Origin: Chitinophagaceae bacterium
Lineage (GTDB): Bacteria; Bacteroidota; Bacteroidia; Chitinophagales; Chitinophagaceae
Assembly (NCBI GenBank): GCA_037046685.1
Contig: JBAOGZ010000020.1
Span: 188,046-252,045 of the forward strand
Length of the DNA stretch: 64,000 nt
Direction of reading: 5' to 3'
Positions 17,822 through 27,226 of this stretch are shown here, in pieces (the first letter of the stretch is position 1; every line of letters starts with the position of its first letter). The notes under the pieces are model-generated. The model saw only the letters and a list, made by a program, of their open reading frames with translations, was not told where the DNA came from and searched no databases. Both the position numbers and the translations under genes were made by a program.

Positions 17822-19486
17822 ATGACAGAAGAATTTAAAAATGAAGAACAGCTCAATTTTCTGGAAGAAATAATTGAAGCAGATTTAAGGGCGGGTAAGT
17901 ATAAACAAATCGTTACACGTTTTCCACCCGAACCCAATGGCTATTTGCATATTGGCCATGCATCAAGTATTTGTCTCAACTTTGGCCTTACACAAAAATA
18001 TCAAGGCTATACCAACCTTCGGTTTGATGATACAAATCCCGTTACTGAGGAAACAGAATATGTAGAAAGTATAAAGGAGGATATTAAATGGCTTGGCTTT
18101 ACCTGGAAGCATGAATTGTATGCTTCTGATTATTTTGATCAGCTTTATGAATATGCCGTTACATTAATAAATAAAGGTTTGGCCTATGTTGATGATAGCA
18201 CTAGCGAAGAAATAGCCGCTATGAAAGGCACACCGACAGAAGCCGGCAGTAATAGTAAATACAGAAACCGTAGCATTGCAGAAAATCTGGAGTTATTTGA
18301 AAAAATGAAAGACGGAGCATTCCCGGATGGAAGCAGAACCTTAAGAGCAAAAATTGATATGGCACACATCAATATGCTGATGCGGGATCCTATTCTTTAC
18401 AGAATTAAACATGCTCATCACCATCGTACCGGAAGCAAATGGTGTATTTATCCAATGTATGATATGGCACATGGCCAAAGTGATTCAATTGAAAATATCA
18501 CGCATTCAATTTGTACACTCGAGTTTGTGCCCCATCGTGAATTATATGATTGGCTGATCCGGCATCTGGAAATTTATCCTTCACATCAATACGAATTTGC
18601 AAGAAGAAATATTAATTATACCATCACCAGCAAAAGAAAACTTTTACAATTAGTAAATGAGGGCCATGTAACCGGATGGGACGATCCCCGAATGCCAACC
18701 ATTAGCGGGATGAGAAGAAGAGGATATACGCCTGAAAGTATCAGGGAGTTTTGTGATCGTATTGGAATTGCAAAAAGAGAAAATATAGTGGATGTGGGCT
18801 TGCTTGAGTTTTGTGTAAGAGAGCATCTGAATAAAATCGCCTGGAGAAGAATGGTAGTATTTGATCCCGTGAAAATTGTAATTACAAATTATTCGGGAGC
18901 GGGGGAGTGGTTAGATGCTGAAAACAACCCTGAAGATGAAAATGCGGGTAGCCGGAAAATAAAATTTAGCCGTGAAGTATTGATAGAAAAAGAAGATTTT
19001 ATGGAAAATCCGCCTAAGAAATATTTTAGGCTGGCTCCGGGGCAAATGGTGAGATTAAAAGGGGCTTACATAATCAAGTGCGAATCGATAATAAAAGATG
19101 ATGACGGCAATGTAACAGAAATTCATTGCACTTATATTCCCGAGAGCAGAAGTGGGAATGATACAAGCGGCATACATGTAAAGGGTACACTGCATTGGGT
19201 AAGTGCTTCAGATTATGTTGAAGTTGAGTTGAGAGAATATGACCGTTTATTTAGTGTTGAAGATCCCGCCTCAGAAGCAGGTGATTTTAAAGAATACCTG
19301 AATCCCGATTCATTAAACATAATTAAAGGGTTTGCAGAAGTTTCAATTTGTGAACAGTCAGATGTAAATCTTTATCAATTTTTAAGAAAGGGTTACTATG
19401 CTATTGATAATGAATCCGATAGAAGTCACCTGATTTTTAATCGTACAGTTGGGTTAAAAGATGGCTGGAAGCCTAAAAATCAATGA
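17822..19486 (+). CDS. glnS: Glutamine--tRNA ligase
   Basis: 554 aa. Class I synthetase HIGH motif (PNGYLHIGHA) and KMSKS-like motif (ITSKRK) are present, with typical GlnRS N-terminal and C-terminal anticodon-binding regions. Confidence 0.95.
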   Translation: MTEEFKNEEQLNFLEEIIEADLRAGKYKQIVTRFPPEPNGYLHIGHASSICLNFGLTQKYQGYTNLRFDDTNPVTEETEYVESIKEDIKWLGFTWKHELYASDYFDQLYEYAVTLINKGLAYVDDSTSEEIAAMKGTPTEAGSNSKYRNRSIAENLELFEKMKDGAFPDGSRTLRAKIDMAHINMLMRDPILYRIKHAHHHRTGSKWCIYPMYDMAHGQSDSIENITHSICTLEFVPHRELYDWLIRHLEIYPSHQYEFARRNINYTITSKRKLLQLVNEGHVTGWDDPRMPTISGMRRRGYTPESIREFCDRIGIAKRENIVDVGLLEFCVREHLNKIAWRRMVVFDPVKIVITNYSGAGEWLDAENNPEDENAGSRKIKFSREVLIEKEDFMENPPKKYFRLAPGQMVRLKGAYIIKCESIIKDDDGNVTEIHCTYIPESRSGNDTSGIHVKGTLHWVSASDYVEVELREYDRLFSVEDPASEAGDFKEYLNPDSLNIIKGFAEVSICEQSDVNLYQFLRKGYYAIDNESDRSHLIFNRTVGLKDGWKPKNQ

Positions 19487-19511
19487 TTATCGGCTATATT
19501 TTTTGATAAAA

Positions 19512-19534
19512 GGGGGGGGTGAAATATTTTTTTT
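19512..19534. repeat. Adjacent homopolymer tracts, G8 (19512-19519) and T8 (19527-19534)
   Basis: Read directly in aaaaggggggggtgaaatattttttttgtt, 56-78 nt upstream of the ATG of the 1523-aa surface protein. Confidence 0.9.
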
Positions 19535-19589
19535 GTTATGGTTTGTCTTAATTCTTACTTTTAATAGGTCAACCAAATAAACTTTTATT

Positions 19590-22500
19590 ATGAGAAAAAT
19601 TTTTACCCGTTGCATTTTCGCAACACTTTCATTGTTATTGGTTGCCTCATTGGCAAATGCTCAGCTAAAACCTGAGACTGCGGCTGTTAAAGGTCATTTA
19701 GTAAGGACTACACCTCGACTAGCTGACATAGATAACACTACCATGTATGGGGCACCACTTTTAATAACCCGTACTTCTGAAGGCCCAATTATGAAAGGTC
19801 GACATCAGGAAGAAACAGAAGAAAGATTGGAGGAAGAAATGCGGGAAACGATATTAAGGCAATATAATGCTGCTATGCGTGGCCAAAACCCGACTCCGCC
19901 TCCCGTGCAGTCGCCTCTTCAAACACCTACTACTACATTGGGTGTTAATTTTGATGGGGATAATGCTCCGGGTTTGCAACCATCCGATAATAATATGGCG
20001 GCAGGCCCAAACCATGTAATTCAAATAGTAAACAATACTTCAGGCTCCCGATATAGAATTTGGAACAAAACGGGAACACCACTTGCAACAGGAATTTTAT
20101 CAGCACTTACAGGCTTTTCTGGTTCGGGTGACCCAATTGTTTTATACGATCAATTAGCCGACCGATGGTTTATGGCTGAATTTGGTCCATCTGCTTGTTG
20201 TAGCCAGTTGATCATTGCAGTTTCAACAACGCCTGACCCACTGGGTACATGGAAAATTTACGAATATACCGATGCCTCATTTTTCCCTGATTATCCAAAA
20301 TTTGCAGTTTGGCATAATGCATATTACGCATATACAAATGACTTCAACTCGGCAGGTACTGCATTCTTAGGTACCTCGGTTTGGGCATTTGACCGTGCTG
20401 CTATGCTGGCTGGTAATGCTACTGCTCAAATGGTGAGACAGCGAATTAACATCCCTAATATGATTGCAATGGGTGTGGTTACTTTAGAAGGCATGACACC
20501 ATCAACTCAAAATGGTTTGTTCCTTGTGCCTTCCAGCTCTACTCAAATGGGAATTTTTGAAGTAACACCAAATTTTGCAGGTCCATCTATAACAGTAGGT
20601 GCGGTTGCAAATATGACAGTAAATGCATGGTCAACAGCTGGTTCTATTCCTCAGCAAACGGGTTCTAACCTCGGTTCACTTTCCCCTCGTATGATGTTTA
20701 GAGTAAATTATAGAAATAATGGGGGAACAGAATCAATAGTTGCTGCTCATACTATTGCAAATGGTTCTTTAGGCCAGGTTCGCTGGTACGAGTTTAGAAA
20801 GGCGGGTCCCAACTGGACAGTATTTCAACAAGGAAATGTAGCAGGCGCTGATGGTAACAGTCGTTGGATGCCGGGTATTTCTATGGATGGCTGCGGTAAT
20901 ATAGCATTAATGTACGACGTTGCCGGTAAAGGCTCACCTATGACGCATCCTTCAATAAGATACACAGGACGCAATGCTTCTGATCCCCTTAACACAATGA
21001 CATTGCCCGAATCAGTTATCATTAACGCATCCACCGGATTTGGTGGATTTAGATGGGGTGATTACAATACTGTTGTACAGGATTACTCATCTGCAGGCAC
21101 GCCCAATAATGGTTCATTCTGGGCTACATCTCAATATGCCAATCAGTCAACACGTGTGGCTAACTTTACTTTAACCGGCGGTTGTGCTGCTGCTCCGTCA
21201 ATTGATTTAGGTACTGTATCACTTACAGCAGAAAGTTGTGTGCCCAATAACAGTGCTATTGACCCTCAGGAGCAGGTTACTATTAGTGTGCAACTCATCA
21301 ATAATGGAACATCACCCACTGCAAACCTTGTTGCTACTTTACAAGCCAGTGGCGGTGTAATTCCTATAACTACAAGCCAGAATTATGGAGTACTTGCATC
21401 CGGTGGCGGTGCTGCTACACGTTCATTTACTTTTAATAACTCTGTAGCAACTTGCGGTGGTACAATTACTGTTTCACTTGCTTTACAAGATGGTGCAACC
21501 AATTTAGGTACGAAGACTATAACCTATACATTAGGCGCAACCAATAATGTTGTTTCAGAAAACTTTGATGCAGTAGTGGCTCCTGCTTTACCAGCAGGTT
21601 GGGTTGCTACAAATGCTTCAGGTTCTACAATGTGGGTTACTTCTACCACCTCTCCATTCTCAGCACCCAATGCTGCATTTATTGATAATCCTTCAACATT
21701 ATCTGATAAGCGGTTAGAGACACCATCATTTGTACCCGGTACAGGGGCTAAGATTAATTTTAGAAACAACTATGCAACTGAAAATACTTTTGATGGAGCT
21801 GTACTTGAAATATCCATTAACGGCGGCGCCTATCAGGATATCATTGCTGCGGGTGGTTCATTTACAGCGGGTGGATATAATGGAACTGTAAGTTCTTCAT
21901 TTGGAAATCCATTGGGAGGCAGACAAGCATGGACAGGTAATAGTGGAGGTTATATTGTTACAACTGCGAATCTTCCAGGTGCAGCAATAGGTCAACCATG
22001 TAAGTTGCGATTCAGAATTGGTACTGATGGAAGTGTAGGAGCTACCGGATGGAGAGTGGATGATTTTACAGTTAGTCAGCCTGCATGTTGTGGTGCCGCT
22101 TGTGTTATCACTTGCCCTGCAAATATGACGGTGAACTCAGCCCCCGGTCAATGCGGTGCTAATGTAACATTGCCAACACCTACCACTACCGGATTGTGTG
22201 GTCCTGTAACGCTTACTCCTGCTTCAGGCTCATTCTTCCCCGTAGGTACAACCACTGTAACAGCAACAACTGCAGCCGGACCAAGTTGTACGTTTACAGT
22301 AACCGTGGTTGATAATACGCCTCCTACAATTACATGTCCGGCACCTATTACAGTGAACAATACACCGGGCTTGTGTAGTGCTGTAGTTAATTATCCAATG
22401 CCTACCGCTTCTGATAACTGTGCGCCACAAACGCCGGTTTCAATTCAGCAAACAGCATCTCAAGTACCCGTAGCCGGTTCAGTTGCTTGTAATGCAGGCG

Positions 22501-24161
22501 GTATTCATACAGATAATAGTTATTGGAGAGCTTATAATTTGGCGCCTTTAGCACTCTCCGGTGCTATGAACGTGAATTCGATTCAAGTGGGTATCGAACA
22601 GGCAATAGCCGGTTCGGGTGGTGCTCAACCTGCAACGATTCGTTTATATACGCAAACTACCGGAACTTTCCCTGGTGGTACTCGTACACTGGTTTATTCT
22701 CAGAATTTCTCAATACCAGATCAAAACTTGACAACCATGACAGTTCCAATGGCAGCACCACCATCTATACCTGCCAATGCAGTTTTAATTGTTGAGTTGT
22801 TTACACCAGATGGAGGAGGTTCAAATAATAGTTTCTTTATAGGAAGTAATAATTCTGCACAAACTGGCCCAAGTTATATTTCAGCTGCAGATTGTGGAAT
22901 CACTACCCCTACTGATTTAGCTACTATTGGATTCCCCAATATGCACATAATTCTGAATGTAAATGGTTCAGTTCCTGGAGCAATGACTGTAACACAAACC
23001 GCAGGATTGCCAAGTGGCAGTGTTTTCCCTGTGGGAACAACAACAAATACATTCCAGACTACAGATGGTGTCGGACTTACTTCAACCTGTTCATTTACAG
23101 TTACGGTTGTTGATAATCAAAATCCTGTAATTACTTGTCCTGCAAATATTACAGTAAACACTCCTGCAGGTTCTTGTACTGCTGTGGTTAGTTATGTTGT
23201 TACAGCAACAGATAATTGCCCTGGCGTTACTACTGCTTTGACTGGAGGATTGGCAAGCGGATCTGCATTCCCATTAGGAACTACAACCGTAAGCTGGAAG
23301 GCAACAGATGCAGCCGGAAATGTATCTAATTGTTCTTTCACTGTAACAGTAAAAGACGGTCAGTTACCAACCATAACAGCTCAGCCCGTTAATCAATTTG
23401 GTTGTGTAGGCGGTAATGCAACATTTAACGTAACTGCTGTTACAGCTCCAAATGCCGGTGGTCCGTTGGCTTATCAATGGCAAGCATGGAATGGCTCTGC
23501 ATGGGTAAACATTGCAGGTGCTACTACATCATCATTGTCATTCTCTAATCTTACATTGGCTATGAATACAAATAGTTACAGAGTTCAGATTACAGGTCTT
23601 TGTACAACTATCTTTAGTAACGTAGCTACCTTATATGTAAATTCTCTGCCAACTGTATCCATTTTGGCATCCAGAACAACAGCGTTATTACCTCCTGAAT
23701 CTGTAAACCTTACCGCAGTTGTAAATCCTGGTGGTGGTGTTTACCAATGGTTGAAGAATAACGTAGCCATAGCCGGAGCTACTGGCGCATCTTTGAATGG
23801 ACTTACCGTTGATGACATAGGAACATATAGAGTGGTTTATACTGATCCTAATGGTTGTACTCAAACATCTGCCTCCATTGATGTTACGGGTCTTGCTTCC
23901 GATAACTTGTATGTTTATCCGAATCCGAACCGTGGTCAATTCCAGGTACGTTTTTTCAATCAGGCAAATGAAAATGTAACGGTACAGATCTTTGATGCAA
24001 AAGGAGCCAAGATAATGGTGAAAGCCGTTGTATCTTCTGGTATTACTTATTCAAGGATTGATATTGATATGTCTTCAAAACCAAGTGGTACTTATGTTTG
24101 CGAAGTTGTTAACTCCGCAGGCAAGATTATCGGTGCGAAGAAATTTGTGAAGCATAATTAA
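19590..24161 (+). CDS. T9SS-secreted multidomain surface protein (uncharacterised N-terminal domain, choice-of-anchor-J/MAM-like domain, HYR domains, Ig-like domains, T9SS C-terminal sorting domain)
   Basis: 1523 aa with a signal peptide (LLLVASLANAQ). HYR-type repeats end in C[ST]FTVTV[VK]D three times. Ig-like repeats occur near aa 1260-1430. The C-terminal ~85 aa (LYVYPNPNRGQFQVRF...) is a typical Por/T9SS type A sorting domain. Confidence 0.9.
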   Translation: MRKIFTRCIFATLSLLLVASLANAQLKPETAAVKGHLVRTTPRLADIDNTTMYGAPLLITRTSEGPIMKGRHQEETEERLEEEMRETILRQYNAAMRGQNPTPPPVQSPLQTPTTTLGVNFDGDNAPGLQPSDNNMAAGPNHVIQIVNNTSGSRYRIWNKTGTPLATGILSALTGFSGSGDPIVLYDQLADRWFMAEFGPSACCSQLIIAVSTTPDPLGTWKIYEYTDASFFPDYPKFAVWHNAYYAYTNDFNSAGTAFLGTSVWAFDRAAMLAGNATAQMVRQRINIPNMIAMGVVTLEGMTPSTQNGLFLVPSSSTQMGIFEVTPNFAGPSITVGAVANMTVNAWSTAGSIPQQTGSNLGSLSPRMMFRVNYRNNGGTESIVAAHTIANGSLGQVRWYEFRKAGPNWTVFQQGNVAGADGNSRWMPGISMDGCGNIALMYDVAGKGSPMTHPSIRYTGRNASDPLNTMTLPESVIINASTGFGGFRWGDYNTVVQDYSSAGTPNNGSFWATSQYANQSTRVANFTLTGGCAAAPSIDLGTVSLTAESCVPNNSAIDPQEQVTISVQLINNGTSPTANLVATLQASGGVIPITTSQNYGVLASGGGAATRSFTFNNSVATCGGTITVSLALQDGATNLGTKTITYTLGATNNVVSENFDAVVAPALPAGWVATNASGSTMWVTSTTSPFSAPNAAFIDNPSTLSDKRLETPSFVPGTGAKINFRNNYATENTFDGAVLEISINGGAYQDIIAAGGSFTAGGYNGTVSSSFGNPLGGRQAWTGNSGGYIVTTANLPGAAIGQPCKLRFRIGTDGSVGATGWRVDDFTVSQPACCGAACVITCPANMTVNSAPGQCGANVTLPTPTTTGLCGPVTLTPASGSFFPVGTTTVTATTAAGPSCTFTVTVVDNTPPTITCPAPITVNNTPGLCSAVVNYPMPTASDNCAPQTPVSIQQTASQVPVAGSVACNAGGIHTDNSYWRAYNLAPLALSGAMNVNSIQVGIEQAIAGSGGAQPATIRLYTQTTGTFPGGTRTLVYSQNFSIPDQNLTTMTVPMAAPPSIPANAVLIVELFTPDGGGSNNSFFIGSNNSAQTGPSYISAADCGITTPTDLATIGFPNMHIILNVNGSVPGAMTVTQTAGLPSGSVFPVGTTTNTFQTTDGVGLTSTCSFTVTVVDNQNPVITCPANITVNTPAGSCTAVVSYVVTATDNCPGVTTALTGGLASGSAFPLGTTTVSWKATDAAGNVSNCSFTVTVKDGQLPTITAQPVNQFGCVGGNATFNVTAVTAPNAGGPLAYQWQAWNGSAWVNIAGATTSSLSFSNLTLAMNTNSYRVQITGLCTTIFSNVATLYVNSLPTVSILASRTTALLPPESVNLTAVVNPGGGVYQWLKNNVAIAGATGASLNGLTVDDIGTYRVVYTDPNGCTQTSASIDVTGLASDNLYVYPNPNRGQFQVRFFNQANENVTVQIFDAKGAKIMVKAVVSSGITYSRIDIDMSSKPSGTYVCEVVNSAGKIIGAKKFVKHN

Positions 24162-24181
24162 TAAGAACTTGATTTTTCAAA

Positions 24182-24212
24182 AGCCATCCAGCAATGGGTG
24201 GCTTTTTTTTAT
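24182..24212 (+). terminator. Rho-independent terminator of the surface-protein gene
   Basis: Hairpin agccatcca-gcaa-tgggtggct (one G-U pair) followed by a T8 run, 21 nt after the stop. Confidence 0.8.
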
Positions 24213-24551
24213 TTTCTCAAATTTGAAGTACTATACACACAAATAACATTGCTTGTGTATGATGTCAAGAACCCTATTGAAAGATTAATTGCCTGCTTTT
24301 GAAAAGAAACGAACACTGGTAATGGAGCGAAGATGTTTTTATTATCATTCGCGTGGAGATAATGCAGCCCATGATATATGCACTTTAAGCCACGAAAATA
24401 TTTGCCAAATAATAAATTCAATTAAAGAGGCATATAATTGAAAATGGAGTCTTCTCCATTTTGGAGGGAGCATTTGAATAATGAATTGTTCCCTAATAAA
24501 AATGATTTATCAATTGTGCTTATTAATGAAATAGCAGATGGTAAGGGAAGG

Positions 24552-26495
24552 TTAGTAATGATACCTTACAAATGCTTCCATTGCTGCATAATGAGTAAGC
24601 CCCAAGTCGGCATAAATATTTGCGGTATTGGCATTTCGTTCCTCGGCTCTTTGCCAGAATTCACGGGAATCACTTCCTTGAAATGGTACCATATCTTTTT
24701 GAGACTGATGTATAAAAATTCCAAAACGTTTTTTCAAAACCTGATCTGGACTCATGGGCACAGCCATTTCAATTTCTTCTATTGTCCATTCCTGCCATGC
24801 ACCTTTATATAACCAAAGCCAGCAGTCATTTATCCATTCATTATCTTTTGATTTGTTTACATTTTGCTTTATTCTTTTTAGTGCCTCCATTACAACCTGA
24901 AAGCAAACAATATGCGTACCATGCGGATCGGCAAAATCGCCTGCGCAATATACCTGATGAGGTCTTATTTCATTTAATAAGTCAATGGTAAGTTTTATAT
25001 CTTTTTCGCTCATGGGCTTTTTTTCAATAGCCCCGGTTTCATAAAACGGTAAATTCTGAAAATGAATATGCTCATCCTTAATGCCTACATATCGGCAAGT
25101 AGCTTTTGCTTCACCACGTCTTATTAATCCTTTAATAGAGCGGATGACAGGTGTGTCCATCTGATTGGATTTTTTTCGGGAGATAAATTTCCTTGCATCT
25201 GCAAGAATTTTTCCTGATTTTCCTGAGTTGATTCCTGCTATATCTTCAAACCCAACAGCGAAGTCTAAGAAGCGGGTTACAAATTCATCTGTAACGGCAA
25301 TATTGCCACTGGTTTGGTAGGCTACATGTACTTCATGTCTTTGATCATGTAATCGTTGAAATGTACCACCCATACTTATAATATCATCATCAGGATGGGG
25401 AGAAAAAATAACTACACGCTTTGGATAAGGAATAGAGCGTTCGGGATGTGTTGGCAAATTAACATCAGGCTTGCCACCCGGCCATCCGGTAATGGAGTCC
25501 CTTAGCATGTAATAAACCTGAAGATTTATTTCATAAGCATCCCCTTTCTCTACCAGCAAATCGCTAAGGCCATATTCGTTATAATCTGTATTGGTTAAAC
25601 TAAGTACAGGCTTTTTCAATTTCAAAGCCATATTGGCAACCGCTTTCTTAATAAGAAAAGGAGTCCACTCACAGTCACCTGCCAACCATGGCGATTTGTT
25701 TCTTGTAAGCTCAGCAGCAGCTGCTTCATCTACAATAAATGTCACATCATCATGATTTTGCAGTAATGAGGCAGGCACTTGCTCTGTATCATCGCCTTCT
25801 ACTGCTTTTTTTACTACAGGAGCCTTAGCGCCTCCCCAGGCAAGTAAGATAATTTTCTTTGATTGCAAAATGGTACTGATGCCCATTGTTATTGCCAGAC
25901 GGGGTACCTCTGATATGTTTGCAAATTCATATGCATTTGCAATGCGAGTAGAGTTGTCTAAAGTTATGAGTCTGGTTTTTGAATAGATACCGGAACCGGG
26001 TTCATTAAATCCGATATGCCCATTGTTGCCAATGCCCAATATTTGTAAATCAATGCCTCCTGCATCTGCAATCATTTGTTCGTATTGACGGCAATGTTCT
26101 TTAATGTTCTCTTTATTGATTTCACCATTAGGGATATGAATATTTTTAGGTAGTATATCAACATGGTCAAATAAATGAGACCTCATAAACCTGCTATAAC
26201 TTTGCAAAGCATGATTATCAATAGGAAAATATTCATCAAGATTAAAAGTGATTACATTTTTGAAGCTGAGTTTTTCTTCACGATGCAATCTTACAAGTTC
26301 GGCATATAAAGACTTGGGTGTAGAGCCGGTAGCAAGGCCTAAAACACATTTTTCTTTCTTCTTTTGTTTTTCACGTATGAAGTCTGCTATTTGCCGGGCT
26401 ACGAATGCTGAACCTGCTTTTGAGTCAGAAAATATCTGAACAGGGATCTTTTCAAAACTATCAGATTGGTTGGAAGGAGCAGTTTTCTTAGTCAT
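24552..26495 (-). CDS. nagB: Long-form glucosamine-6-phosphate deaminase fused to a LmbE/PIG-L-type deacetylase domain
   Basis: 647 aa. The N-terminal half is the NagB/6-phosphogluconolactonase fold (GLATGSTP, GIGNNGHIGFNEPGS). The C-terminal half carries the PIG-L motif (SPHPDDDIISMGG). Confidence 0.85.
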   Translation of the reverse strand: MTKKTAPSNQSDSFEKIPVQIFSDSKAGSAFVARQIADFIREKQKKKEKCVLGLATGSTPKSLYAELVRLHREEKLSFKNVITFNLDEYFPIDNHALQSYSRFMRSHLFDHVDILPKNIHIPNGEINKENIKEHCRQYEQMIADAGGIDLQILGIGNNGHIGFNEPGSGIYSKTRLITLDNSTRIANAYEFANISEVPRLAITMGISTILQSKKIILLAWGGAKAPVVKKAVEGDDTEQVPASLLQNHDDVTFIVDEAAAAELTRNKSPWLAGDCEWTPFLIKKAVANMALKLKKPVLSLTNTDYNEYGLSDLLVEKGDAYEINLQVYYMLRDSITGWPGGKPDVNLPTHPERSIPYPKRVVIFSPHPDDDIISMGGTFQRLHDQRHEVHVAYQTSGNIAVTDEFVTRFLDFAVGFEDIAGINSGKSGKILADARKFISRKKSNQMDTPVIRSIKGLIRRGEAKATCRYVGIKDEHIHFQNLPFYETGAIEKKPMSEKDIKLTIDLLNEIRPHQVYCAGDFADPHGTHIVCFQVVMEALKRIKQNVNKSKDNEWINDCWLWLYKGAWQEWTIEEIEMAVPMSPDQVLKKRFGIFIHQSQKDMVPFQGSDSREFWQRAEERNANTANIYADLGLTHYAAMEAFVRYHY

Positions 26496-26620
26496 TTGTA
26501 AAATATTGAAATATTAGTTTCAAAGGTATTGAAACTGAATTTCAAAATTAATAAGACTTCTGAGATTCTTTACGAAACCGATTGTTCAACTAGTTTACCT
26601 TTCCCAAAACGATTTTAATC

Positions 26621-27226
26621 TTATGCTTCAACGAGTAATTGACGAAGCGATTTTATAGCTTGACTAAAAAGATTGCGGGACGCCTGATAATTAATATTCA
26701 TAATGGGTGCAATTTCATCGTAACTAAGACCTTTAAAAATTTTTAAGTAAACTATTTCTTTTTGCCGGTCTGATAATTTATACATGGCGTCAAATATCTT
26801 CTTGATTTTGTTTTGAGATATTTCCTGAGTTATTAAAAAATCTTCTGTGCTAAGTTCAAAAGGAGTACAAACATTTGATTGGGGAAAATCACTTTGCTTT
26901 TGATTAATTCTATACTGTTTATAGAGTTTATACCTCAATGATGATAGTAAATAGGCTTTTGGAGATTCTATATTTTTTGATGCACCAGTTTGCCATAGTT
27001 CCACAAATAAATCTTGAATTAGGTCTTCTAGCGCCTTTGCATCCGAGCATAGCTTTTTTCCATACTGAAAAAGTAATGGATAATATTTTTTAAAAAATGC
27101 TTCAAATGCTACTTTATTTCCGCTTTTTATTAAAGACAAAGCTTGTAAATCTTCCAACGGTTCAATATTTTCTGGCTTATCAGATTTCACTGTCTTTGCA
27201 ATTGAATTGCGGTATTTTGCGCTCAA
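26621..27226 (-). CDS. ECF-type RNA polymerase sigma-70 factor
   Basis: 201 aa. Sigma-70 region 2 (LIQDLFVELW) and a region 4 HTH (LSYDEIAPIMNINYQASRNLFSQAIKSL) are present. It uses a TTG start with no upstream ATG, so the start is uncertain. Confidence 0.8.
   Translation of the reverse strand: MSAKYRNSIAKTVKSDKPENIEPLEDLQALSLIKSGNKVAFEAFFKKYYPLLFQYGKKLCSDAKALEDLIQDLFVELWQTGASKNIESPKAYLLSSLRYKLYKQYRINQKQSDFPQSNVCTPFELSTEDFLITQEISQNKIKKIFDAMYKLSDRQKEIVYLKIFKGLSYDEIAPIMNINYQASRNLFSQAIKSLRQLLVEA

Noticed and set aside
24438-24812. A 124-aa plus-strand ORF, and a 70-aa minus-strand ORF at 24209-24421.
   Set aside because: The first is mostly antisense to the 3' end of nagB. The second covers the terminator of the surface-protein gene, and its translation has no features. 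Neither has a plausible promoter box.
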